Assembly: GCA_964057225.1 (NCBI GenBank)
Contig: OZ059894.1
Coordinates: 21,824,001-21,888,000, forward strand
Source: Auanema rhodensis
Lineage: Eukaryota; Animalia; Nematoda
Length of the DNA stretch: 64,000 nucleotides
Direction: 5' to 3'
Shown here: piece by piece, positions 51,517 to 64,000 of the stretch
Layout of the letters: the number at the start of each line of letters is the position of its first letter
Numbering within the stretch: the stretch's first letter is position 1
Position numbers and translations under genes: made by a program
The notes under the pieces: model-generated
What the model was told of the DNA's origin: nothing
The model's database searches: none
What the model saw: the letters and a program-made list of their open reading frames with translations, nothing else

Positions 51517-54500
51517 AGATATCAACTGATATAAGTTCACATTTATATCCCCGATTTTCACCCTGAAGAATTAATTTTTTCGTTGAATAACATTGTCCAT
51601 CGTCTTTGCCTTGAAAAATGGAATCTAAAAACATCTACTTTTTGCTAAATTATTTTGAAATTTTTCGAAAAAATTTTTGTCAAAATGTTTTTGGAAGCAA
51701 TGTTGAGTGTACATGGAAACTCAACATACACTAATGCATCATTTTTCAAACGATCATAACTAATTTTTGTATTAAGCGTTTCTCAATGTAGTATAGTGCA
51801 TTCGATGCGGATTTTTAAGCTGCGTCGATCTGTGTTATCAGATTTGCGCTAACTTAAAAATGCACCGAGACATCAACTGATATAAGTTCACACTTATATC
51901 CTCGATTTTCACCCTGAAGAATTATTTTTTTCGTTGAATAACATTGTCTATCGTCCTTGCCTTGAAAAATGGAATCTAAAAACATCTACTTTTTGCTAAA
52001 TTATTTTGAAATTTTTCGAAAAAATTTTTGTCAAAATGTTTTTGGAAGCAATGTTGAGTGTACATGGAAACTCAACATACACTAATGCATCATTTTTCAA
52101 ACGATCATAACTAATTTTTGTATCAAGCGTTTCTCAATGTAGTATAGTGCATTCGATGCGGATTTTTAAGCTGCGTCGATCTGTGTTATCAGATTTGCGC
52201 TAGCTTAAAAATGCACCGAGATATCAACTGATATAAGTTCACACTTATATCCTCGATTTTCACCCTGAAGAATTATTTTTTTCGTTGAATAACATTGTCC
52301 ATCGTCCTTGCCTTGAAAAATGGAATCTAAAAACATCTACTTTTTGCTAAATTATTTTGAAATTTTTCGAAAAAATTTTTGTCAAAATGTTTTTGGAAGC
52401 AATGTTGAGTGTACATGGAAACTCAACATACACTAATGCATCATTTTCCAAACGATCATAACTAATTTTTGTATCAAGCGTTTCTCAATGTAGTATAGTG
52501 CATTCGATGCGGATTTTTAAGCTGCGTCGATCTGTGTTATCAGATTTGCGCTAGCTTAAAAATGCACCGAGATATCAACTGATATAAGTTCACATTTATA
52601 TCCCCGATTTTCACCCTGAAGAATTAATTTTTTCGTTGAATAACATTGTCCATCGTCTTTGCCTTGAAAAATGGAATCTAAAAACATCTACTTTTTGCTA
52701 AATTATTTTGAAATTTTTCGAAAAAATTTTTGTCAAAATGTTTTTGGAAGCAATGTTGAGTGTACATGGAAACTCAACATACACTAATGCATCATTTTTC
52801 AAACGATCATAACTAATTTTTGTATCAAGCGTTTCTCAATGTAGTATAGTGCATTCGATGCGGATTTTTAAGCTGCGTCGATCTGTGTTATCAGATTTGC
52901 GCTAGCTTAAAAATGCACCGAGATATCAACTGATATAAGTTCACACTTATATCCTCGATTTTCACCCTGAAGAATTAATTTTTTCGTTGAATAACTTTGT
53001 CTATCGTCTTTGCCTTGAAAAATGGAATCTAAAAACATCTACTTTTTGCTAAATTATTTTGAAATTTTTCGAAAAAATTTTTGTCAAAATGTTTTTGGAA
53101 GCAATGTTGAGTGTACATGGAAACTCAACATACACTAATGCATCATTTTTCAAACGATCATAACTAATTTTTGTATCAAGCGTTTCTCAATGTAGTATAG
53201 TGCATTCGAAGCGGATTTTTAAGCTGCGTCGATCTGTGTTATCAGATTTGCGCTAGCTTAAAAATGCACCGAGATATCAACTGATATAAGTTCACACTTA
53301 TATCCTCGATTTTCACCCTGAAGAATTAATTTTTTCGTTGAATAACATTGTCCATCGTCTTTGCCTTGAAAAAAGGAATCTAAAAACATCTACTTTTTGC
53401 TAAATTATTTTGAAATTTTTCGAAAAAATGTTTGTCAAAATGTTTTTGGAAGCAATGTTGAGTGTACATGGAAACTCAACATACACTAATGCATCATTTT
53501 TCAAACGATTATAACTAATTTTTGTATTAAGCGTTTCTCAATGTAGTATAGTGCATTCGATGCGGATTTTTAAGCTGCGTCGATCTGTGTTATCAGATTT
53601 GCGCTAGCTTAAAAATGCACCGAGATATCAACTGATACAAGTTCACACTTATATCCTCGATTTTCACCCTGAAGAATTAATTTTTTCGTTGAATAACATT
53701 GTCCATCGTCTTTGCCTTGAAAAAAGGAATCTAAAAACATCTACTTTTTGCTAAATTATTTTGAAATTTTTCGAAAAAAGTTTTGTCAAAATTTTTTTGG
53801 AAGCAATGTTGAGTGTACATGGAAACTCAACATACACTAATGCATCATTTTTCAAACGATCATAACTAATTTTTGTATTAAGCTTTTCTCAATAAAGTAT
53901 AGTGCATTCGATGCGGATTTTTAAGCTGCGTCGATCTGTGTTATCAGAATCGCGCTAGCTTAAAAATGCACCGAGATATCAACTGATACAAGTTCACACT
54001 TATATCCTCGATTTTCACCCTGAAGAATTAATTTTTTCGTTGAATAACATTGTCCATCGTCTTTGCCTTGAAAAAAGGAATCTAAAAACATCTACTTTTT
54101 GCTAAATTATTTTGAAATTTTTTTGGAAGCAATGTTGAGTGTACATGGAAACTCAACATACACTAATGCATCATTTTTCAAACGATCATAACTAATTTTT
54201 GTATTAAGCTTTTCTCAATGTAGTATAGTGCATTCGATGCGGATTTTTAAGCTGCGTCGATCTGTGTTATCAGATTTGCGCTAGCTTAAAAATGCACCGA
54301 GATATCAACTGATACAAGTTCACACTTATATCCTCGATTTTCACCCTGAAGAATTAATTTTTTCGTTGAATAACATTGTCCATCGTCTTTGCCTTGAAAA
54401 AAGGAATCTAAAAACATCTACTTTTTGCTAAATTATTTTGAAATTTTTTTGGAAGCAATGTTGAGTGTACATGGAAACTCAACATACACTAATGCATCAT

Positions 54501-57082
54501 TTTTCAAACGATCATAACTAATTTTTGTATTAAGCGTTTCTCAATGTAGTATAGTGCATTCGATGCGGATTTTTAAGCTGCGTCGATCTGTGTTATCAGA
54601 ATCGCGCTAGCTTAAAAATGCACCGAGATATCAACTGATATAAGTTCACATTTATATCCCCGATTTTCACCCTGAAGAATTAATTTTTTCGTTGAATAAC
54701 ATTGTCCATCGTCTTTGCCTTGAAAAATGGAATCTAAAAACATCTACTTTTTGCTAAATTATTTTGAAATTTTTCGAAAAAATTTTTGTCAAAATGTTTT
54801 TGGAAGCAATGTTGAGTGTACATGGAAACTCAACATACACTAATGCATCATTTTTCAAACGATCATAACTAATTTTTGTATTAAGCGTTTCTCAATGTAG
54901 TATAGTGCATTCGATGCGGATTTTTAAGCTGCGTCGATCTGTGTTATCAGATTTGCGCTAACTTAAAAATGCACCGAGACATCAACTGATATAAGTTCAC
55001 ACTTATATCCTCGATTTTCACCCTGAAGAATTATTTTTTTCGTTGAATAACATTGTCCATCGTCCTTGCCTTGAAAAATGGAATCTAAAAACATCTACTT
55101 TTTGCTAAATTATTTTGAAATTTTTCGAAAAAATTTTTGTCAAAATGTTTTTGGAAGCAATGTTGAGTGTACATGGAAACTCAACATACACTAATGCATC
55201 ATTTTTCAAACGATCATAACTAATTTTTGTATCAAGCGTTTCTCAATGTAGTATAGTGCATTCGATGCGGATTTTTAAGCTGCGTCGATCTGTGTTATCA
55301 GATTTGCGCTAGCTTAAAAATGCACCGAGATATCAACTGATATAAGTTCACACTTATATCCTCGATTTTCACCCTGAAGAATTATTTTTTTCGTTGAATA
55401 ACATTGTCCATCGTCCTTGCCTTGAAAAATGGAATCTAAAAACATCTACTTTTTGCTAAATTATTTTGAAATTTTTCGAAAAAATTTTTGTCAAAATGTT
55501 TTTGGAAGCAATGTTGAGTGTACATGGAAACTCAACATACACTAATGCATCATTTTCCAAACGATCATAACTAATTTTTGTATCAAGCGTTTCTCAATGT
55601 AGTATAGTGCATTCGATGCGGATTTTTAAGCTGCGTCGATCTGTGTTATCAGATTTGCGCTAGCTTAAAAATGCACCGAGATATCAACTGATATAAGTTC
55701 ACATTTATATCCCCGATTTTCACCCTGAAGAATTAATTTTTTCGTTGAATAACATTGTCCATCGTCTTTGCCTTGAAAAATGGAATCTAAAAACATCTAC
55801 TTTTTGCTAAATTATTTTGAAATTTTTCGAAAAAATTTTTGTCAAAATGTTTTTGGAAGCAATGTTGAGTGTACATGGAAACTCAACATACACTAATGCA
55901 TCATTTTTCAAACGATCATAACTAATTTTTGTATCAAGCGTTTCTCAATGTAGTATAGTGCATTCGATGCGGATTTTTAAGCTGCGTCGATCTGTGTTAT
56001 CAGATTTGCGCTAGCTTAAAAATGCACCGAGATATCAACTGATATAAGTTCACACTTATATCCTCGATTTTCACCCTGAAGAATTAATTTTTTCGTTGAA
56101 TAACTTTGTCTATCGTCTTTGCCTTGAAAAATGGAATCTAAAAACATCTACTTTTTGCTAAATTATTTTGAAATTTTTCGAAAAAATTTTTGTCAAAATG
56201 TTTTTGGAAGCAATGTTGAGTGTACATGGAAACTCAACATACACTAATGCATCATTTTTCAAACGATCATAACTAATTTTTGTATCAAGCGTTTCTCAAT
56301 GTAGTATAGTGCATTCGAAGCGGATTTTTAAGCTGCGTCGATCTGTGTTATCAGATTTGCGCTAGCTTAAAAATGCACCGAGATATCAACTGATATAAGT
56401 TCACACTTATATCCTCGATTTTCACCCTGAAGAATTAATTTTTTCGTTGAATAACATTGTCCATCGTCTTTGCCTTGAAAAAAGGAATCTAAAAACATCT
56501 ACTTTTTGCTAAATTATTTTGAAATTTTTCGAAAAAATGTTTGTCAAAATGTTTTTGGAAGCAATGTTGAGTGTACATGGAAACTCAACATACACTAATG
56601 CATCATTTTTCAAACGATTATAACTAATTTTTGTATTAAGCGTTTCTCAATGTAGTATAGTGCATTCGATGCGGATTTTTAAGCTGCGTCGATCTGTGTT
56701 ATCAGATTTGCGCTAGCTTAAAAATGCACCGAGATATCAACTGATACAAGTTCACACTTATATCCTCGATTTTCACCCTGAAGAATTAATTTTTTCGTTG
56801 AATAACATTGTCCATCGTCTTTGCCTTGAAAAAAGGAATCTAAAAACATCTACTTTTTGCTAAATTATTTTGAAATTTTTCGAAAAAAGTTTTGTCAAAA
56901 TTTTTTTGGAAGCAATGTTGAGTGTACATGGAAACTCAACATACACTAATGCATCATTTTTCAAACGATCATAACTAATTTTTGTATTAAGCTTTTCTCA
57001 ATAAAGTATAGTGCATTCGATGCGGATTTTTAAGCTGCGTCGATCTGTGTTATCAGAATCGCGCTAGCTTAAAAATGCACCG
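51517..57082. repeat. 9-monomer period (3109 bp) duplication, second copy partial (7 monomers)
   Basis: Markers CATTTTCCAA, AACTTTGT+CGAAGCGG, AAAATGTTT+GATTATA and CAATAAAGT all recur at +3109 (7x351+2x326). Confidence 0.9.
53974..54625. repeat. Two tandem 326-bp deletion-variant monomers
   Basis: Starts at 53974, 54300 and 54626 are 326 apart, with the same 25-bp deletion junction. Confidence 0.97.
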
Positions 57083-60000
57083 AGATATCAACTGATATAA
57101 GTTCACATTTATATCTTCGATTTTCACCCTGAAGAATCAATTTTTTCGTTGAATAACATTGTCCATCGTCTTCGCCTTGAAAAAAGGAATCTAAAAACAT
57201 CTACTTTTTGCTAAATTATTTTGAAATTTTTCGAAAAAATGTTTGTCAAAATGTTTTTGGAAGCAATGTTGAGTGTACATGGAAACTCAACATACACTAA
57301 TGCATCATTTTTCAAACGATTATAACTAATTTTTGTATTAAGCGTTTCTCAATGTAGTATAGTGCATTCGATGCGGATTTTTAAGCTGCGTCGATCTGTG
57401 TTATCAGATTTGCGCTAGCTTAAAAATGCACCGAGATATCAACTGATATAAGTTCACACTTATATCCTCAATTTTCACCCTGAAGAATTAATTTTTTCGT
57501 AGAATAACATTGTCCATCGTCTTTGCCTTGAAAAATGGAATCTAAAAACATCTACTTTTTGCTAAATTATTTTGAAATTTTTCGAAAAAATTTTTGTCAA
57601 AATGTTTTTGGAAGCAATGTTGAGTGTACATGGAAACTCAACATACACTAATGCATCATTTTTCAAACGATCATAACTAATTTTTGTATTAAGCGTTTCT
57701 CAATGTAGTATAGTGCATTCGATGCGGATTTTTAAGCTGCGTCGATCTGTGTTATCAGATTTGCGCTAGCTTAAAAATGCACCGAGATATCAACTGATAT
57801 AAGTTCACACTTATATCCTCGATTTTCACCCTGAAGAATTAATTTTTTCGTTGAATAACATTGTCCATCGTCTTTGCTTTAAAAAAAGGAATCTAAAAAC
57901 ATCTACTTTTTGCTAAATTATTTTGAAATTTTTCGAAAAAATTTTTGTCAAAATGTTTTTGGAAGCAATGTTGAGTGTACATGGAAACTCAACATACACT
58001 AATGCATCATTTTTCAAACAATCATAACTAATTTTTGTATCAAGCGTTTCTCAATGTAGTATAGTGCATTCGATGCGGATTTTTAAGCTGCGTCGATCTG
58101 TGTTATCAGATTTGCGCTAGCTTAAAAATGCACCGAGATATCAACTGATATAAGTTCACACTTATATCCTCGATTTTCACCCTGAAGAATTAATTTTTTC
58201 GTTGAATAACATTGTCCATCGTCTTTGCCTTGAAAAAAGGAATCTAAAAACATCTACTTTTTGCTAAATTATTTTGAAATTTTTCGAAAAAATTTTTGTC
58301 AAAATGTTTTTGGAAGCAATGTTGAGTGTACATGGAAACTCAACATACACTAATGCATCATTTTTCAAACGATCATAACTAATTTTTGTATTAAGCGTTT
58401 CTCAATGTAGTATAGTGCATTCGATGCGGATTTTTAAGCTGCGTCGATCTGTGTTATCAGATTTGCGCTAGCTTAAAAATGCACCGAGATATCAACTGAT
58501 ATAAGTTCACACTTATATCCTCGATTTTCACCCTGAAGAATTAATTTTTTCGTTGAATAACATTGTCCATCGTCTTTGCTTTAAAAAAAGGAATCTAAAA
58601 ACATCTACTTTTTGCTAAATTATTTTGAAATTTTTCGAAAAAATTTTTGTCAAAATGTTTTTGGAAGCAATGTTGAGTGTACATGGAAACTCAACATACA
58701 CTAATGCATCATTTTTCAAACAATCATAACTAATTTTTGTATCAAGCGTTTCTCAATGTAGTATAGTGCATTCGATGCGGATTTTTAAGCTGCGTCGATC
58801 TGTGTTATCAGATTTGCGCTAGCTTAAAAATGCACCGAGATATCAACTGATATAAGTTCACACTTATATCCTCGATTTTCACCCTGAAGAATTAATTTTT
58901 TCGTTGAATAACATTGTCCATCGTCTTTGCCTTGAAAAAAGGAATCTAAAAACATCTACTTTTTGCTAAATTATTTTGAAATTTTTCGAAAAAATTTTTG
59001 TCAAAATGTTTTTGGAAGCAATGTTGAGTGTACATGGAAACTCAACATACACTAATGCATCATTTTTCAAACGATCATAACTAATTTTTGTATCAAGCGT
59101 TTCTCGATGTAGTATAGTGCATTCGATGCGGATTTTTAAGCTGCGTCGATCTGTGTTATCAGATTTGCGCTAGCTTAAAAATGCACCGAGATATCAACTG
59201 ATATAAGTTCACACTTATATCCTCGATTTTCACCCTGAAGAATTAATTTTTTCGTTGAATAACATTGTCCATCGTCTTTGCTTTAAAAAAAGGAATCTAA
59301 AAACATCTACTTTTTGCTAAATTATTTTGAAATTTTTCGAAAAAATTTTTGTCAAAATGTTTTTGGAAGCAATGTTGAGTGTACATGGAAACTCAACATA
59401 CACTAATGCATCATTTTTCAAACAATCATAACTAATTTTTGTATCAAGCGTTTCTCAATGTAGTATAGTGCATTCGATGCGGATTTTTAAGCTGCGTCGA
59501 TCTGTGTTATCAGATTTGCGCTAGCTTAAAAATGCACCGAGATATCAACTGATATAAGTTCACACTTATATCCTCGATTTTCACCCTGAAGAATTAATTT
59601 TTTCGTTGAGTAACATTGTCCATCGTCTTTGCTTTAAAAAAAGGAATCTAAAAACATCTACTTTTTGCTAAATTATTTTGAAATTTTTCGAAAAAATTTT
59701 TGTCAAAATGTTTTTGGAAGCAATGTTGAGTGTACATGGAAACTCAACATACACTAATGCATCATTTTTCAAACGATCATAACTAATTTTTGTATTAAGC
59801 GTTTCTCAATGTAGTATAGTGCATTCGATGCGGATTTTTAAGCTGCGTCGATCTGTGTTATCAGATTTGCGCTAGCTTAAAAATGCACCGAGATATCAAC
59901 TGATATAAGTTCACACTTATATCCTCGATTTTCACCCTGAAGAATTAATTTTTTCGTTGAATAACATTGTCCATCGTCTTTGCCTTGAAAAAAGGAATCT

Positions 60001-60592
60001 AAAAACATCTACTTTTTGCTAAATTATTTTGAAATTTTTCGAAAAAATTTTTGTCAAAATGTTTTTGGAAGCAATGTTGAGTGTACATGGAAACTCAACA
60101 TACACTAATGCATCATTTTTCAAACGATCATAACTAATTTTTGTATCAAGCGTTTCTCGATGTAGTATAGTGCATTCGATGCGGATTTTTAAGCTGCGTC
60201 GATCTGTGTTATCAGATTTGCGCTAGCTTAAAAATGCACCGAGATATCAACTGATATAAGTTCACACTTATATCCTCGATTTTCACCCTGAAGAATTAAT
60301 TTTTTCGTTGAATAACATTGTCTATCGTCTTTGCCTTGAAAAATGGAATCTAAAAACATCTACTTTTTGCTAAATTATTTTGAAATTTTTCGAAAAAATT
60401 TTTGTCAAAATGTTTTTGGAAGCAATGTTGAGTGTACATGGAAACTCAACATACACTAATGCATCATTTTTCAAACGATCATAACTAATTTTTGTATCAA
60501 GCGTTTCTCGATGTAGTATAGTGCATTCGATGCGGATTTTTAAGCTGCGTCGATCTGTGTTATCAGATTTGCGCTAGCTTAAAAATGCACCG

Positions 60593-63500
60593 AGATATCA
60601 ACTGATATAAGTTCACACTTATATCCTCGATTTTCACCCTGAAGAATTAATTTTTTCGTTGAATAACATTGTCCATCGTCTTTGATTTAAAAAAAGGAAT
60701 CTAAAAACATCTACTTTTTGCTAAATTATTTTGAAATTTTTCGAAAAAATTTTTGTCAAAATGTTTTTGGAAGCAATGTTGAGTGTACATGGAAACTCAA
60801 CATACACTAATGCATCATTTTTCAAACGATCATAACTAATTTTTGTATCAAGCGTTTCTCGATGTAGTATAGTGCATTCGATGCGGATTTTTAAGCTGCG
60901 TCGATCTGTGTTATCAGATTTGCGCTAGCTTAAAAATGCACCGAGATATCAACTGATATAAGTTCACACTTATATCCTCGATTTTCACCCTGAAGAATTA
61001 ATTTTTTCGTTGAATAACATTGTCCATCGTCTTTGCCTTGAAAAATGGAATCTAAAAACATCTACTTTTTGCTAAATTATCTTGAAATTTTTCGAAAAAA
61101 TTTTTGTCAAAATGTTTTTGGAAGCAATGTTGAGTGTACATGGAAACTCAACATACACTAATGCATCATTTTTCAAACGATCATAACTAATTTTTGTATT
61201 AAGCGTTTCTCAATGTAGTATAGTGCATTCGATGCGGATTTTTAAGCTGCGTCGATCTGTGTTATCAGATTTGCGCTAACTTAAAAATGCACCGAGACAT
61301 CAACTGATATAAGTTCACACTTATATCCTCGATTTTCACCCTGAAGAATTAATTTTTTCGTTGAATAACATTGTCCATCGTCTTTGATTTAAAAAAAGGA
61401 ATCTAAAAACATCTACTTTTTGCTAAATTATTTTGAAATTTTTCGAAAAAATTTTTGTCAAAATGTTTTTGGAAGCAATGTTGAGTGTACATGGAAACTC
61501 AACATACACTAATGCATCATTTTTCAAACGATCATAACTAATTTTTGTATCAAGCGTTTCTCAATGTAGTATAGTGCATTCGATGCGGATTTTTAAGCTG
61601 CGTCGATCTGTGTTATCAGATTTGCGCTAGCTTAAAAATGCACCGAGATATCAACTGATATAAGTTCACACTTATATCCTCGATTTTCACCCTGAAGAAT
61701 TAATTTTTTCGTTGAATAGCATTGTCCATCGTCTTTGCCTTGAAAAAAGAAATCTAAAAACATCTACTTTTTGCTAAATTATTTTGAAATTTTTCGAAAA
61801 AATTTTTGTCAAAATGTTTTTGGAAGCAATGTTGAGTGTACATGGAAACTCAACATACACTAATGCATCATTTTTGAAACGATCATAACTAATTTTTGTA
61901 TTAAGCGTTTCTCAATGTAGTATAGTGCATTCGATGCGGATTTTTAAGCTGCGTCGATCTGTGTTATCAGATTTGCGCTAACTTAAAAATGCACCGAGAC
62001 ATCAACTGATATAAGTTCACACTTATATCCTCGATTTTCACCCTGAAGAATTAATTTTTTCGTTGAATAACAATGTCCATCGTCTTTGCTTTAAAAAAAG
62101 GAATCTAAAAACATCTACTTTTTGCTAAATTATTTTGAAATTTTTCGAAAAAATTTTTGTCAAAATGTTTTTGGAAGCAATGTTGAGTGTACATGGAAAC
62201 TCAACATACACTAATGCATCATTTTTCAAACGATCATAACTAATTTTTGTATTAAGCGTTTCTCAATGTAGTATAGTGCATTCGATGCGGATTTTTAAGC
62301 TGCGTCGATCTGTGTTATCAGATTTGCGCTAACTTAAAAATGCACCGAGACATCAACTGATATAAGTTCACACTTATATCCTCGATTTTCACCCTGAAGA
62401 ATTAATTTTTTCGTTGAATAACATTGTCCATCGTCTTTGATTTAAAAAAAGGAATCTAAAAACATCTACTTTTTGCTAAATTATTTTGAAATTTTTCGAA
62501 AAAATTTTTGTCAAAATGTTTTTGGAAGCAATGTTGAGTGTACATGGAAACTCAACATACACTAATGCATCATTTTTCAAACGATCATAACTAATTTTTG
62601 TATCAAGCGTTTCTCAATGTAGTATAGTGCATTCGATGCGGATTTTTAAGCTGCGTCGATCTGTGTTATCAGATTTGCGCTAGCTTAAAAATGCACCGAG
62701 ATATCAACTGATATAAGTTCACACTTATATCCTCGATTTTCACCCTGAAGAATTAATTTTTTCGTTGAATAGCATTGTCCATCGTCTTTGCCTTGAAAAA
62801 AGAAATCTAAAAACATCTACTTTTTGCTAAATTATTTTGAAATTTTTCGAAAAAATTTTTGTCAAAATGTTTTTGGAAGCAATGTTGAGTTTACATGGAA
62901 ACTCAACATACACTAATGCATCATTTTTCAAACGATCATAACTAATTTTTGTATCAAGCGTTTCTCAATGTAGTATAGTGCATTCGATGCGGATTTTTAA
63001 GCTGCGTCGATCTGTGTTATCAGATTTGCGCTAGCTTAAAAATGCACCGAGATATCAACTGATATAAGTTCACACTTATATCCTCGATTTTCACCCTGAA
63101 GAATTAATTTTTTCGTTGAATAACATTGTCCATCGTCTTTGATTTAAAAAAAGGAATCTAAAAACATCTACTTTTTGCTAAATTATTTTGAAATTTTTCG
63201 AAAAAATTTTTGTCAAAATGTTTTTGGAAGCAATGTTGAGTGTACATGGAAACTCAACATACACTAATGCATCATTTTTCAAACGATCATAACTAATTTT
63301 TGTATCAAGCGTTTCTCGATGTAGTATAGTGCATTCGATGCGGATTTTTAAGCTGCGTCGATCTGTGTTATCAGATTTGCGCTAGCTTAAAAATGCACCG
63401 AGATATCAACTGATATAAGTTCACACTTATATCCTCGATTTTCACCCTGAAGAATTAATTTTTTCGTTGAATAACATTGTCCATCGTCTTTGCCTTGAAA

Positions 63501-64000
63501 AATGGAATCTAAAAACATCTACTTTTTGCTAAATTATCTTGAAATTTTTCGAAAAAATTTTTGTCAAAATGTTTTTGGAAGCAATGTTGAGTGTACATGG
63601 AAACTCAACATACACTAATGCATCATTTTTCAAACGATCATAACTAATTTTTGTATTAAGCGTTTCTCAATGTAGTATAGTGCATTCGATGCGGATTTTT
63701 AAGCTGCGTCGATCTGTGTTATCAGATTTGCGCTAACTTAAAAATGCACCGAGACATCAACTGATATAAGTTCACACTTATATCCTCGATTTTCACCCTG
63801 AAGAATTAATTTTTTCGTTGAATAACATTGTCCATCGTCTTTGATTTAAAAAAAGGAATCTAAAAACATCTACTTTTTGCTAAATTATTTTGAAATTTTT
63901 CGAAAAAATTTTTGTCAAAATGTTTTTGGAAGCAATGTTGAGTGTACATGGAAACTCAACATACACTAATGCATCATTTTTCAAACGATCATAACTAATT
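60593..64000. repeat. Heptamer period (2457 bp), second copy cut by window end
   Basis: The GATTTAAA+CTCGATG, TATCTTG and AGACATC+GATTTAAA monomers at 60593/60944/61295 recur at 63050/63401/63752. Confidence 0.8.

Larger units (their letters stand above)
1..64000. repeat. Tandem satellite DNA array, 351-bp monomer, ~182.7 head-to-tail copies, extends past both window edges
   Basis: AGATATCAACTGATA recurs at 1, 352, 703 ... 7021 (20x351), 14041 (40x351). Register shifts are explained by six 1-bp deletions (monomers at 16849, 19305, 20357, 46681, 48084, 51167) and five 25-bp deletions. Monomers differ at only a few positions, and I saw no non-satellite sequence or inversion. Confidence 0.99.

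Noticed and set aside
1-64000. CRISPR-like or cassette array (palindromic repeats at regular spacing)
   Set aside because: The sequence between the palindromes is as conserved as the palindromes. There are no unique spacers, leader, cas or integrase genes.

Overview
The whole window is one uninterrupted, head-to-tail, AT-rich (~32% GC by hand count of monomer 1) tandem satellite array with a 351-bp monomer. It holds 182 complete monomers plus a 249-bp partial one, all in the same orientation. I see no genes, RNA genes, CRISPR spacers or transposon insertions, and the four listed ORFs are stop-loss by-products of two monomer copies. It looks like eukaryotic (peri)centromeric or heterochromatic satellite DNA, but I cannot name the species or family. 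The interest is structural. (1) The monomer carries four dyad symmetries (12-33, 136-170, 184-211, 292-351), two of them spaced at half a monomer. (2) Reading the variant positions monomer by monomer shows shifting higher-order periods of 2, 3, 4, 5, 6, 7, 9, 13 and 15 monomers. These are arranged as a very homogeneous core (~21-44 kb) flanked by roughly symmetric, more diverged layers. (3) A 326-bp deletion subfamily sits next to its apparent precursor monomer, in which a G>T change creates the 8-bp direct repeat that exactly explains the 25-bp deletion. Monomer typing was done by eye and should be confirmed computationally. Positions written 'm###' are offsets within a monomer starting AGATATCAAC. 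Type letters: A = m16T/82C/103A/139C; C = 16C/82T/103T; G = C+76G; D = 58T/82C/89C/103T; H = 16T/58T/76G/82T.
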